Shown in pieces: positions 44,222 through 54,365 of a DNA stretch of 58,854 bases; the first letter of the stretch is position 1, and every line of letters starts with the position of its first letter. This DNA is from a virus (Duplodnaviria > Caudoviricetes). The position numbers and the translations under genes were made by a program. The notes beneath the pieces are model-generated. The model worked only from the letters and a program-made list of their open reading frames with translations. It was not told the DNA's origin and searched no databases. The DNA lies in the IMG/VR virus record IMGVR_UViG_3300028025_000002, positions 1 to 58,854 of that record, one strand, 5' to 3'.

Positions 44222-44952
44222 TGCCTACATTTCGCCACGGTAAAAATGTCAATGTCTTTTTAGACCAATATGACTTTTCAACTTATTTTAATGATGTTAC
44301 CGCTTCAACAACTATTGATACCGCTGAAACCAGCGCCTTCGGTACAAGCGCAAAGACCTATGTAGTTGGTCACCGAGATGGAACAGTTTCTTTATCAGGA
44401 ATGTTTGAAGCCACAGAATCAACTGGTACTGACCAATACTTTGCAACTGCTCTTGGTTCAACCACAAAAATTAAACTAATTGTTGCTCCTGAAGGTCATT
44501 CAAATGGCGCTGGAGCAATCATGCTACAAGCAGACGATACATCTTACGAGGTCTCAAGCGCCATCGCAGATATTGTCCAAGCAAGCGCAGAATTCCAATC
44601 AACAGATGCAGTTGAACACGGAAAGATTCTTTCTTCAGGTTCGACTGTTTCTGCAAGTGGAAATGGAACAGCCGTAGATAACACAACCTCAACCACTAAC
44701 GGTGGCGCAGGTTTTCTATCAGTTCCAGTAAACACACGCAATGGAAACATCACAGTAAAAATCCAACACTCAGCAGATAACTCAACTTTTGCTGACTTGG
44801 TTACTTTTACCGTGGTAAGCAGTACAGCCAAGACTTCTCAAAGAGTTGAGGTTGCTAGTGGTACAACAGTAAACAGATACCTACGCGTGAACTACACGGT
44901 TGCAGGTTCAACAGGCTCGGCTACCCCTGTGGTGGCTTTTACTAGGAGGTAA
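44221..44952 (+). CDS. Tail tube-like protein with a C-terminal extra domain
   Basis: MPTFRHGK...DTAETS.FG..AK.YVVG plus VKIQHS.DN.TF.DL..F..RYLRV. Confidence 0.7.
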   Translation: MPTFRHGKNVNVFLDQYDFSTYFNDVTASTTIDTAETSAFGTSAKTYVVGHRDGTVSLSGMFEATESTGTDQYFATALGSTTKIKLIVAPEGHSNGAGAIMLQADDTSYEVSSAIADIVQASAEFQSTDAVEHGKILSSGSTVSASGNGTAVDNTTSTTNGGAGFLSVPVNTRNGNITVKIQHSADNSTFADLVTFTVVSSTAKTSQRVEVASGTTVNRYLRVNYTVAGSTGSATPVVAFTRR

Positions 44953-44958
44953 AAAACA

Positions 44959-45375
44959 ATGCCTACATTTCGTCATGGTAAATCCACCGTATTCAAGGTA
45001 GACAATTCAGGTGGAACACTTACCGATATTTCAAACACACTTACAGATGTGTCATTTCCACAATCAGTAGACACAGCCGAAACTTCTACTTTTGGAAGTT
45101 CTGCAAAGTCTTATGTAGTTGGATTAACAGATTCAACACTTAGCGTTTCAGGAAACTTTGATGCAACAGTTGATGCTCACTTGGCTGGAGTTCTAGGTCA
45201 AGCGGCTTCACTTTCATTCGAGTATGGTCCTGAAGGTTCAACAGCAGGATATGTCAAGTACACAGGAGAGGCATACCTAACTTCTTACGAGAAGAGTGGT
45301 GCCATCGGAGATGTAGTGACATACTCAGCCGAGTTCCAAGTGACAGGTGCCATTACTCGCGGTACCTATTCATAA
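44959..45375 (+). CDS. Major tail (tube) protein
   Basis: Paralog of 44221; precedes the chaperone and tape measure; SAEFQVTG. Confidence 0.78.
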   Translation: MPTFRHGKSTVFKVDNSGGTLTDISNTLTDVSFPQSVDTAETSTFGSSAKSYVVGLTDSTLSVSGNFDATVDAHLAGVLGQAASLSFEYGPEGSTAGYVKYTGEAYLTSYEKSGAIGDVVTYSAEFQVTGAITRGTYS

Positions 45376-45439
45376 TAGGAATTGATTCAAAAAAACTAAA
45401 TAATTTATCGTGACCAACCTAGTGTCCCAAGGAGAAAAA

Positions 45440-45802
45440 ATGACAGATTTACGCGGAAAGATATTTTCGGCTGACGATATTACGAGAGAATTAGTGGAAG
45501 TCCCTGAATGGGGAGTTTCAGTAGAAATTCGTTCTATGACAGCAGGACAAAGAGCAACACTTACTGAGGGGGCAACCTCGGCAGATAAAGTAGATGTATC
45601 TAATATGTACGCAAAGACTGTTATCGCAACTGTGTTTGACCCTACAACGGGTTTGCCAGTCTTTACAGAACAAGACCGTGAAGCAATTCTTTCAAAGAAT
45701 GGCGCAGTCATTGAGCGTTTAGCAACAAAGGCTCTTGGCAGTTCAGGTCTCGGCGAAAAGGCGGTAGAAGAATCACAGGCGCGATTTCCTCAAGAATCCT
45801 GA
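45440..45802 (+). CDS. Tail assembly chaperone
   Basis: ELVEVPEWG.SV.IR.MTA..R; position before the tape measure. Confidence 0.8.
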   Translation: MTDLRGKIFSADDITRELVEVPEWGVSVEIRSMTAGQRATLTEGATSADKVDVSNMYAKTVIATVFDPTTGLPVFTEQDREAILSKNGAVIERLATKALGSSGLGEKAVEESQARFPQES

Positions 45803-45980
45803 AAGACGGTTTCTTTTTGAATTAGCAGAAAAGTTAGGTCGGACGGTGGGAGAACTTCTTTACGGAAGTGAATCCCACCGCCCACTTAGCAGTATGGAAT
45901 TAACTGAGTGGAACGCTTTCTATATCGTAAAAGAAAAAGAACGCGAGAAAGCCGAGAGAAGAGCAAAGGCGAGGAGATAA
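45786..45980 (+). CDS. Tail assembly chaperone extension (gpGT-like), +1 frame
   Basis: FLKNPERRFLFELAEKLGRTVGEL...SSMELTEW.AFY...; stop abuts the tape measure ATG. Confidence 0.65.
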   Translation, partial: FLKNPERRFLFELAEKLGRTVGELLYGSESHRPLSSMELTEWNAFYIVKEKEREKAERRAKARR

Positions 45981-48900
45981 ATGGCTGAGTCCCCAACCAT
46001 GGAAGTCCGCGCTCGCCTCACCGCCGATTCCGCACAATTTACAAAAGGTTTAAGTGAAGCAACAAAAAGTGCTGAAACTTTTCAAAGTGCGGCTGGAAAA
46101 CTTAACTCTTCTTTAGTTGGACTTGGCGCAGTTTCGGCTGGCGTAGGTATTAGTTTAATTCTTTTTGCTACAAGGTCATTTAAGGCGGCCGCTGAAGTTC
46201 AAGAGTTAGATAATGCTTTACAGGCTATTGGTCAATCTACTCGTTACGGATATACCCAACTTGCTCTTGCAGTTGAAGCAATTCAAGATGTTGGCATTAC
46301 CGCGGCCGCATCTCAGAGGGCAATTATTAAACTTGCTCAAGCAAATGTTGATTTAGGTCAGGCTACTGAATTAGCCACCGTTGCTCAAAACTTATCTGTT
46401 ACAGCAAGTGTCAATGCTTCTGACGCTTTGCAAACTCTTATTTTTGCTATCACGACTGGGCAAACAAGAATGTTGCGTCAAATTGGTATTACAACTGGGG
46501 CTACTGAGGCTTTTGCTATTTATGGTCGGACAATAGGTAAGAGCGCTAATGAGTTAAGTATGGCTGAAAGACGCCAAGCGGTATTGAATTTTATCTTAAA
46601 AGAAGGAACAAAAGTTACAGGCGCCTACGCCTTAGCAATTCAAAGTCCTTCTAAAGCCCTTAAAGAAATGTCAGACCTTACCAACAATTTACAGGTTGCT
46701 GTTGGTGGTAGATTGCTTAATGCCTTTAGTAAAATAATTTTAGCCACCTTTGATTTATACACAAAATTTACGGTAGCGGCTGATGGAACTGGCACTTTGT
46801 CTAAATTCCTTGATGCTATGGAAAAAGTTTTAACTAAGTTAGCAGACCCATTTGCAAAAATAGCAACAAATCTAGGAAACCTTATTGAAAAACTAGATAA
46901 GAGCGAATTAAGTGTTAATGGAATTGCTGGCACCATGGAAAAAGTATTACCAATAGCGGCCGCGTTTGCTACTTTCTTTGGTATCAAAGCAGGAAAATCT
47001 TTAGCCCAAGCGGCGCCTTTCTTCCAAGGATTTTTTACAACACTAGCAAAATTTAATTTAGTTTTTACAGCCTTCACCCTAGCCGTGACCTCTCCTCAAA
47101 TACGAGGAGCAATAGGACAATTAGTTACTGCATTTACACCTTTATTGCCAACCCTTACTAAGTTGGGAGCAATACTTACGGAAGTGTCCGCTTTACTTAT
47201 TGGTGTTCTTGCAAAGGCTATAAGACTTGTTGCTTCCGTAGTTTCAACAACCATTGCTGTTGTTCAAAGATTTGCTGAAGTTTTTAAGGTTTTAGGAGTT
47301 GTAATCGCGGCGGTTGCTTTGGGATACGGTGCTTATAGAACAGCCATATTACTCACCACAGCGGCAACGGTAATTTGGGGAACTGTCACAGCGGCAACTA
47401 CAACAGTCATAACTGCTCTAAGAAGTGCAGTTGCTATATTAAATGCAACCATAGCCTTGAACCCAATTCCTCTCTTTATTGGAGTTGTCGTTGCTTTATT
47501 AGTGGCTCTCGGTTATTTAATTAAAACAAATAAATCAGTAGCCGATGCTTTTAAGACAGTCTTTAATTTTGTCGCTAAGGTTGTAATTAGCGTCTTTGCA
47601 TACATTATAAAAATCATTGGCTATGTCATAAAAGCCTTTGCTTCCTACATGCGAGTTCTTGGTTTCTTCGCAGAGGTAGTCGCCAAAGTATTTGAGTTCA
47701 TCATAGATATAATTCTTACTTGGTATCAATTTATTCTCAAGGCTATTAAGTTTGTTGTTGATGCTTTTATTACATTTATGGAAGCCCAAGGAACACTTTA
47801 CGATGTAGTTAAGACTATATTTAACGCAATTATCAAAGTTATTTCTTTGGTTGTTGAGGGAATTGTCAGAGTCTTTGCTTTCATTATTGGCGCCGTTGCT
47901 GACCTAGTTGGAGCATTTAACGATTTATTTGGTGGGGTCAAAAACATCTTCCTGAAAATTTTGTCCGCTATTGGAAATGTAGGCTCAGGTATTTTTGGCG
48001 TATTGAACAAAATTGCAGAAGGCATTGGTAGTTTCCTTGGTTGGGCTTTTGATAAAATGACCGCTTGGATTCGAGGCATTGCTTCTTTGTTTAGCAAGAT
48101 TCCTAAAATTGGAGAAATGGTTGCAAGTGCAATCAATAGCGGATTAGATGCTACGAAAAATGTAGTAACTGGCTTTGCTTCAGGCATGGTCGGTCTCGGC
48201 GAAAAGATGTTTGACGGCATTATCAAAGGAACAACAAATACAATCAATGGAATATCTACTGTTGGAAATGCTGTTGAAAAAGGATTAAGAGCAACAGAAA
48301 AAACTCTTACCAAGTTTGCAATCAAAGTTGAGCAATTTGGAAATCAAGACAACGGCACAAAACTTATTGAATCTTTAGTTGGTGGAGCAAAGACAGCATC
48401 GAGCGCTTTAGGAACAATGATTGATGCCCTTGGTAAAGCAGTTAAATTTGACTTTGCTGGAACCGTAGGAAAATTTATTGACAGCGTGGCTGACAAGGCT
48501 GATGCGGCTGGTGATTACTTAATCAATCTTTCAACTCAAATGTTGGCGTTTGCAGAGACAACAGATTTTGCAAGTAGTGTTGCAGATGGCATTGGCGACT
48601 TTATTGGAAAAATTCAAGATAGTCTTAAAGAAGGTCTTGGCTTTGGAGACATTCTTAAAAAGGAACGCGAAAAAGCAGAAGGTCTACCTACTACTGGAAC
48701 CGAAGATGCTTTAGGTGATATTCAAGACCAAGCAGATTTGATGAAAAAGATTCGTGAAGCAATGACCGCTGGCATTGAGTCAATGCGTGATGTTTTACAA
48801 GACTTGCAACAAGCGGCTAAGGACTTTGCGGATTCTCTTAAAGACACAATTATGGGTTTTGCAGGACTCAAAGGTGTAGAACTTCCTGATGGATTTATTC

Positions 48901-49388
48901 CAAAGGCTAAATCGCTTATTGAAAATATGCGAACTCGTTTGGATAAAAGCCAACAGTTTGCTAGTCAGATAACTCAACTACAAGCCCTTGGTTTAGATGC
49001 AACAGCAATTAAAGATTTAGTTGAATCGGGACCAATCAAGGGCGCTCAACTTGCGGCATCAATTCTTGGTGGCGGTGCTGAGGCGATTGCACAAATCAAT
49101 GAGATTCAAAAGTCGATTGCATTTACTGGAGCGGCGATTGGTAAGTTTGGTTCAGAAGCGGCGTTTGGTCAAAAGATTGCAAGCGCTCAGGCTGGACTTG
49201 CACAGATTACAGATGCAGAAGCAAGCATTAGAGGTGCTGGCGGAAACAATATAGTTATTGAGCAGGGTGCGTTTGTGGTAAATGTTGATACAACAGGTGC
49301 TACAAATCAAGATGAAAAGGCTGACATAATCACAAAGCGAATTCAAGAAACATTCGCTATCTTGGCAAAGGAACTGGCTAACAAATAA
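45981..49388 (+). CDS. Tape measure protein
   Basis: 1135 aa, Ala/Gly/Ile-rich helical repeats, after the chaperones. Confidence 0.92.
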   Translation: MAESPTMEVRARLTADSAQFTKGLSEATKSAETFQSAAGKLNSSLVGLGAVSAGVGISLILFATRSFKAAAEVQELDNALQAIGQSTRYGYTQLALAVEAIQDVGITAAASQRAIIKLAQANVDLGQATELATVAQNLSVTASVNASDALQTLIFAITTGQTRMLRQIGITTGATEAFAIYGRTIGKSANELSMAERRQAVLNFILKEGTKVTGAYALAIQSPSKALKEMSDLTNNLQVAVGGRLLNAFSKIILATFDLYTKFTVAADGTGTLSKFLDAMEKVLTKLADPFAKIATNLGNLIEKLDKSELSVNGIAGTMEKVLPIAAAFATFFGIKAGKSLAQAAPFFQGFFTTLAKFNLVFTAFTLAVTSPQIRGAIGQLVTAFTPLLPTLTKLGAILTEVSALLIGVLAKAIRLVASVVSTTIAVVQRFAEVFKVLGVVIAAVALGYGAYRTAILLTTAATVIWGTVTAATTTVITALRSAVAILNATIALNPIPLFIGVVVALLVALGYLIKTNKSVADAFKTVFNFVAKVVISVFAYIIKIIGYVIKAFASYMRVLGFFAEVVAKVFEFIIDIILTWYQFILKAIKFVVDAFITFMEAQGTLYDVVKTIFNAIIKVISLVVEGIVRVFAFIIGAVADLVGAFNDLFGGVKNIFLKILSAIGNVGSGIFGVLNKIAEGIGSFLGWAFDKMTAWIRGIASLFSKIPKIGEMVASAINSGLDATKNVVTGFASGMVGLGEKMFDGIIKGTTNTINGISTVGNAVEKGLRATEKTLTKFAIKVEQFGNQDNGTKLIESLVGGAKTASSALGTMIDALGKAVKFDFAGTVGKFIDSVADKADAAGDYLINLSTQMLAFAETTDFASSVADGIGDFIGKIQDSLKEGLGFGDILKKEREKAEGLPTTGTEDALGDIQDQADLMKKIREAMTAGIESMRDVLQDLQQAAKDFADSLKDTIMGFAGLKGVELPDGFIPKAKSLIENMRTRLDKSQQFASQITQLQALGLDATAIKDLVESGPIKGAQLAASILGGGAEAIAQINEIQKSIAFTGAAIGKFGSEAAFGQKIASAQAGLAQITDAEASIRGAGGNNIVIEQGAFVVNVDTTGATNQDEKADIITKRIQETFAILAKELANK

Positions 49389-50959
49389 TGGCTACTTATG
49401 TACTTCGCCCCAACGCAAACTGGAATAACGCCTCGGCTTTTACTATCTCAGGTGGTTCAGGTTCAGTCCATGCGGCTCTTGCTGATTCAAGTGACAGCAC
49501 TTACATCACCCGTACCAGCATAACAGTTCCAGCCTCTTATGAGGCAGAGTTTGGAACACAGACTCTTGCCTCTACCGAAAAAGTCGCCTATGTAAATCTG
49601 CGAGCAAAAGCAACTATTGGAACAACGGGTTCAATAGAGTTGAGCCTTGGTGTTATCACAGACCGAAATGGTCGTACCGTTAGTTATTCAGTTCCTTACT
49701 CAAAGGCAAACACACTTTCTTTAACTACTCTCGATACTGCTCTAAAACTAACAACTGCACCGAACGGCGAGGCTTGGACTCAAACTCTTATTGATAACTT
49801 AGTTGTTAAATTTACTGATAATGCGACTACAACTGGTGACCGTGCTGGACTCTATGAACTATTTGTAGATGTAATTACAACTACTCAACCAACAGTTACA
49901 GTCACCGCTCCAAGTGGAACAATCACAGATACAACTTTCCCTTCAGTAACTTGGACTTATGCTGACGCAGACGGTGACCAACAAAACGCATACGAAATTA
50001 AAGTATTTGATTCAACAACATACGGGGCAGGTACTTTTAGTCCTGATACTTCTACACCAACAGTTCAAACTGGGATAGTAACTTCTAGCAATGATGGTCA
50101 AACGCTTGAGGCTGACTTAGCAGATGGAACAACATATCGAGCCTATGTTCGAGTTGCTCAGTTACTTAATGGCTCAAATTACTTTAGTGATTGGGCTTAT
50201 AGCCAATTCACTATTGATGTTGATGCCCCAGCAACTCCTTTGATTACCGCATTTTATGATTCTCAAATAGGTGCTGTAACGGTAACGGTTTTTGGAAGAA
50301 CTAACTCTCTATCACCAAACCAAGCATCTCTTGAAACTAACACAACTGGTTGGGCGGCAGTAACTAACTCTGCTATTGCTCGCTCAACCGCTCAAGCATC
50401 TGTTGGTAGCGCATCCCTTGAAATAACTGCTAGTGCGGCTGGCGATGCTGTTGCTTCAACTACAACCGCTACAAAATTTACTGTTACTGCTAATCAAGAT
50501 TTTTCTGCTATTGCTGATTTTAGAGCAGGAACAACAACTCGTTCAGTTGCAGTTGGAATTCGTTACCTGACTTCAACTGGTTCAACGATTAGTACAACTT
50601 ATGGAACATCAGTTAGCGCAACAAGTTCAGACTTTGTTACAGCAAGCGCAACAGTATTGGCTCCGCCTACCGCAACACACGCCCAAGTCTTTGTAAAAAT
50701 TACTAGCGCTGGTTCAGGTGAAGTTTTCTATGTAGACAAGATTGCTTTCCATGCTGGAGATACTCCTGTATTCACTCGCGGTGGATTTAGTAATTTTCTT
50801 TTCGATGTTGAACGCTCTGACGATAGCGGTGTTACCTACTCAGCAATTCGTAACAGCCCAGTAACGGCTAGTGCTACTCAAATTGCTGAACTTAATGATT
50901 ATGAAGTTCCTATTGATAAAACTGTCACATATCGTGCGAAAGCGAGGGCTGACATCTAA
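49388..50959 (+). CDS. Minor tail protein with Ig/carbohydrate-binding-like domains
   Basis: P.VTWTY.D.DGD.Q.AY.IKV; NQAS.ET.TTGW...YVD.I. Confidence 0.7.
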   Translation: MATYVLRPNANWNNASAFTISGGSGSVHAALADSSDSTYITRTSITVPASYEAEFGTQTLASTEKVAYVNLRAKATIGTTGSIELSLGVITDRNGRTVSYSVPYSKANTLSLTTLDTALKLTTAPNGEAWTQTLIDNLVVKFTDNATTTGDRAGLYELFVDVITTTQPTVTVTAPSGTITDTTFPSVTWTYADADGDQQNAYEIKVFDSTTYGAGTFSPDTSTPTVQTGIVTSSNDGQTLEADLADGTTYRAYVRVAQLLNGSNYFSDWAYSQFTIDVDAPATPLITAFYDSQIGAVTVTVFGRTNSLSPNQASLETNTTGWAAVTNSAIARSTAQASVGSASLEITASAAGDAVASTTTATKFTVTANQDFSAIADFRAGTTTRSVAVGIRYLTSTGSTISTTYGTSVSATSSDFVTASATVLAPPTATHAQVFVKITSAGSGEVFYVDKIAFHAGDTPVFTRGGFSNFLFDVERSDDSGVTYSAIRNSPVTASATQIAELNDYEVPIDKTVTYRAKARADI

Positions 50960-51384
50960 TGGCAACTATTTCTTCGGGATATACAACTACCGTACCTATT
51001 CAAATTACCAATCCTGAAACTTGGTCATTTACTGCACCTCAACAGCCTAGTATTCAAATTACTGGTATCAAGGTTCTACAACCATTAAATTTGAACATTG
51101 TTGAATCCTACGGAGTGTTCAAACCTCTTGGTGCATCTAAAACAGTAGTTGTATCTCAGTCTATTTATGGAATTGACGGAACATACGAATTTGTGACTAC
51201 TGGGGAAACAGAGTGGGATGCTTTATATCCAGTCTTAACTTATCAAGGAACACTTCATGTTCATGACCCGCTAGGTCGCCAAAAATATATTCGGTTAGTA
51301 GAAAGAAACTGGACGGAATCAGGAAACATTAACTCTTTGGTTCGAAGAATTAAAGTTACTTACTACGAGGTCGGAGCGCCGTAA
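50959..51384 (+). CDS. Distal tail-like minor tail protein
   Basis: Synteny. Confidence 0.55.
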   Translation: MATISSGYTTTVPIQITNPETWSFTAPQQPSIQITGIKVLQPLNLNIVESYGVFKPLGASKTVVVSQSIYGIDGTYEFVTTGETEWDALYPVLTYQGTLHVHDPLGRQKYIRLVERNWTESGNINSLVRRIKVTYYEVGAP

Positions 51385-52502
51385 TGTATCCAGTTTCCGC
51401 TGACTTCAAAGAGGCAGTTCGGAAATCTCATTCAACGATAGTCAAAGTTGAGATTTACGATATGGCTAACGGAACCATCTTAAGTACAGCATCACCTATT
51501 AGCGGAGAAGTGACTATTGATAATCGTCGGTCAATTCGCCGTGAATGTACTTTAGAGTTCGTAGATACTGATGGGACTCTAGTACCCACCAATAACATTT
51601 CCTCAGTTCTTTTGCCATATAACCGTGAGGTAAAGATTTATCGTGGAATTTCTTTCCCCAATGGAACAGAGGAATTAGTTCCTCTCGGTGTATTTATTAT
51701 TACGAGCGTCGATATAACCGAGTCCGCTCAAGGCGTTAGAGTTACAATCAAAGGCTCAGACAGAAGCCTTATCTTGGCTCGCGCTAAGTTCACTAACCAT
51801 GAGTTCTATATTGCAGATGGCACAGCAAAAGAGACAGCCATTGAAAACATCCTTAAATATCGCTATCCAAAAGTTAAAACTATTTTTCCTGCTACAAATC
51901 AAGTAACGACTTTGCTTTACCCAACTCTTGACCAGTCAAGTGACCCATGGCGCGAGGCTCTTAAAATTGCGACATCAGCATCTATGGACTTGTATTTTGA
52001 TGAAAACGGTATTGCTCGCATGAGACCAATCCCTGACCCTGACAAGGGAACAGCAGTTGCCACATACGAAGATGGGACGGATTCAATCCTTATTCAGATT
52101 GCTCGCTCCCTTTCAATCGATGAGTCTTACAACGGGGTTATCTATACAGGTGAGGGAACTAATTTAAGTATTGGAGTTATTGGCGAGGCTTGGGACGATA
52201 ACCCAAGTTCACCAACCTACCGAAAAACATACGGAGAAGTTCCGCTCTTCAAATCATCTCCAACAATCCTGACAGTCGGTGAGGCTCAAGAAGCGGCGGC
52301 CGCTGAGTTAAAGAAAGTTATTGGGGCGTCAGAGAAAATTACATGGGACCAAATAGTAAATCCTGCTCACGATGTTTTTGATTTAGTCAAGGTTACGCGC
52401 TCGCCCGTTGGCGTAGATAAAATCCTAATGTTGGATGCTATCTCAATCCCTTTAGCGGCTAGTGGGACAATGAACGCAATCGGAAGAAGTAGGAGATTCT
52501 GA
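51384..52502 (+). CDS. Baseplate hub-like minor tail protein (DUF5047-like)
   Basis: MYPVS..F..A...H...G.VT.D....RR...VPLGVF. Confidence 0.75.
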   Translation: MYPVSADFKEAVRKSHSTIVKVEIYDMANGTILSTASPISGEVTIDNRRSIRRECTLEFVDTDGTLVPTNNISSVLLPYNREVKIYRGISFPNGTEELVPLGVFIITSVDITESAQGVRVTIKGSDRSLILARAKFTNHEFYIADGTAKETAIENILKYRYPKVKTIFPATNQVTTLLYPTLDQSSDPWREALKIATSASMDLYFDENGIARMRPIPDPDKGTAVATYEDGTDSILIQIARSLSIDESYNGVIYTGEGTNLSIGVIGEAWDDNPSSPTYRKTYGEVPLFKSSPTILTVGEAQEAAAAELKKVIGASEKITWDQIVNPAHDVFDLVKVTRSPVGVDKILMLDAISIPLAASGTMNAIGRSRRF

Positions 52503-53179
52503 TGGACTTAAGTTATTTAGTTGGTCAAATCAAGGGCGACATTATTGCCCCAACTTTACGAATCCGTCAGGGTAAAGTAATCACAGTCAATGCCAATAGA
52601 ACAATAGATGTTCAAATTGCGGGTGATACCAACACCCTGCCTTCAGTTAAATACTTGAGCAACTACGCCCCAAAACCTGATGACCAAACATGGTTAATAA
52701 ATTCGGGTGCGGACTTGTTGGCTATTGGAATGGTGGCTAGCGCTGATAGAACTTTGGCTCCTACCGCCTCACGCTCAACCGCTCAAACCATCCCTACATC
52801 TACTCAAACCAAAGTTGTCTTTGACGGGGTAGATTCAGATGGCTGGAATTGTTGGGATTTGAGTCCTAACCCAACAAGACTTACGGTTCCCGTAACTGGG
52901 CGATATATCATCACAGGTAATGTGGCTTTTGAAGCGGCAAGTTCAGGTCATCGCGCTATCAATATCTTAAAAAACAACACAGTTGAATTGGCTCGCTCTG
53001 ACTTCAATCCCGTCTCTAATTCAGTAGACACGCACAGCACAGTCACTTGCCATGCGGTTTCCTTAACTAAAGGAGATTATGTAGAGTTGCGTGTATGGCA
53101 AAACAGCGGAAGCGATTTAGACATCATGAATACAGGCGACCATAATCCGAAGTTGAGCCTTATCTACCTTGGTTCATGA
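52502..53179 (+). CDS. Tail tip protein with C1q-like C-terminal domain
   Basis: OB-like N-terminus; RLT.P.TG.Y.I...L..GDYVEL.VWQ.SG. Confidence 0.65.
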   Translation: MDLSYLVGQIKGDIIAPTLRIRQGKVITVNANRTIDVQIAGDTNTLPSVKYLSNYAPKPDDQTWLINSGADLLAIGMVASADRTLAPTASRSTAQTIPTSTQTKVVFDGVDSDGWNCWDLSPNPTRLTVPVTGRYIITGNVAFEAASSGHRAINILKNNTVELARSDFNPVSNSVDTHSTVTCHAVSLTKGDYVELRVWQNSGSDLDIMNTGDHNPKLSLIYLGS

Positions 53180-53220
53180 ACCATAGGTTATTATTAACCC
53201 ACTACTCTTAGGAGAATAAA

Positions 53221-53511
53221 ATGGATAAGAAAACACAAGCAATGTTCGCTTCGTATGGACGGTCATTCTTAGCGGCGGTAACAACAGCCTTCATGATTAC
53301 AGGCGGGGACATCCTTGCTCTTGATGGTGATTCACTTAAAGCAATTTTAGCGGCTGGTGTTTCAGCCGTTCTTCCAGTCGCAATCAGAGCGGCTAACCCT
53401 AAAGACCCTGCCTTCGGCAAGATTGCCGATGGAATCACAGAGGCAGTTGTCGGTAAACTTACAAAAAAGGCTCCAGCGAAAAAGTCTGTTGCAAAGAAAA
53501 AGGCTAAGTAA
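53221..53511 (+). CDS. Holin (putative)
   Basis: SY.RSF.AA, two TM segments, NPKD.AFG, basic tail; precedes the endolysin. Confidence 0.75.
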   Translation: MDKKTQAMFASYGRSFLAAVTTAFMITGGDILALDGDSLKAILAAGVSAVLPVAIRAANPKDPAFGKIADGITEAVVGKLTKKAPAKKSVAKKKAK

Positions 53512-54026
53512 TGCCAGCGCCAAAAGGGACAGCGGAACTCTTAGTTGAGATAGCCACAGCAGAAATCGGTTATATCGAAGAGGCAGTTCCCGAAAACAAA
53601 ACTAAGTATCAAAAAGCAAACCAACCATGGTGCGGAGCCTTCGTTAATTGGTGTGGTAAAAAAGCGGGAGTTGAAATTCCTAATACTGTTTACACTCCAG
53701 CAGGAGCCGATGCTTTCAAAAAAGCAAAGTCTTGGTTTGAGGGTGAAGATGCGAAACCTCAAGCGGGAGATATTGTCTATTTTGATTTCCCTTCAGATGG
53801 CGTGGACCGTATTAGTCATGTCGGGATTGTTGTAAAAGATAATCTTGATGGAACAGTTACCTGCATTGAAGGAAACACAAGTTCAGATAAAAAAGGCGAC
53901 CAGCGAAACGGTGGCGAAGTTTGCCTCAAGATTCGTGCCTACAAGAAAAAGAACAGAAACAAATTTAAGCCAAATATGCCAGTTGCTATTGTGGGCTTTG
54001 GACGCCCAAAGTTTACGGGAGCATAA
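53511..54026 (+). CDS. CHAP-domain endolysin
   Basis: PWCGAFV.W, GD.V.FD, SHVGIV, IEGNTS. Confidence 0.9.
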   Translation: MPAPKGTAELLVEIATAEIGYIEEAVPENKTKYQKANQPWCGAFVNWCGKKAGVEIPNTVYTPAGADAFKKAKSWFEGEDAKPQAGDIVYFDFPSDGVDRISHVGIVVKDNLDGTVTCIEGNTSSDKKGDQRNGGEVCLKIRAYKKKNRNKFKPNMPVAIVGFGRPKFTGA

Positions 54027-54028
54027 AA

Positions 54029-54310
54029 ATGAGCGAAGAAGTGAAGCCAAGTTTAGGAGAAATTATGCGTCGGCTCGATGACCTGACAATGGAAGTCAAG
54101 CAGATGAATCTAAATGTAAGCCAAACCTATCTTCGCAAAGATGTTTATGACTCTGACTCTGAGAGAGTCACGCAAGCAATGGAACACATTACAGACCGTC
54201 TTGAAAAGATGGAGAGTCGCTCCGAATGGGTCATCCGTACCGTCGGGGCGCTCTTCATCGCCACAGTTGTCGGTGCTTCCATGTATGTTGGACAAATCAT
54301 TGGGTTGTAG
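54029..54310 (+). CDS. Coiled-coil membrane protein (lysis-associated, putative)
   Basis: C-terminal TM helix. Confidence 0.6.
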   Translation: MSEEVKPSLGEIMRRLDDLTMEVKQMNLNVSQTYLRKDVYDSDSERVTQAMEHITDRLEKMESRSEWVIRTVGALFIATVVGASMYVGQIIGL

Positions 54311-54313
54311 GGC

Positions 54314-54343
54314 TTGACAATCTAAACCCCCGTTTAGTACCCT
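54314..54343 (+). promoter_or_regulatory. Promoter of the replication/recombination operon, with spacer motif variant
   Basis: TTGACA-N18(atctaaacccccgtttag)-TACCCT. Confidence 0.65.
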
Positions 54344-54365
54344 CTCCCTAACGAGAGGAGTCCAC

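Noticed and set aside
46640-49346. Minus-strand ORFs within the tape measure gene
   Set aside because: Antisense shadows without RBS or recognisable motifs.
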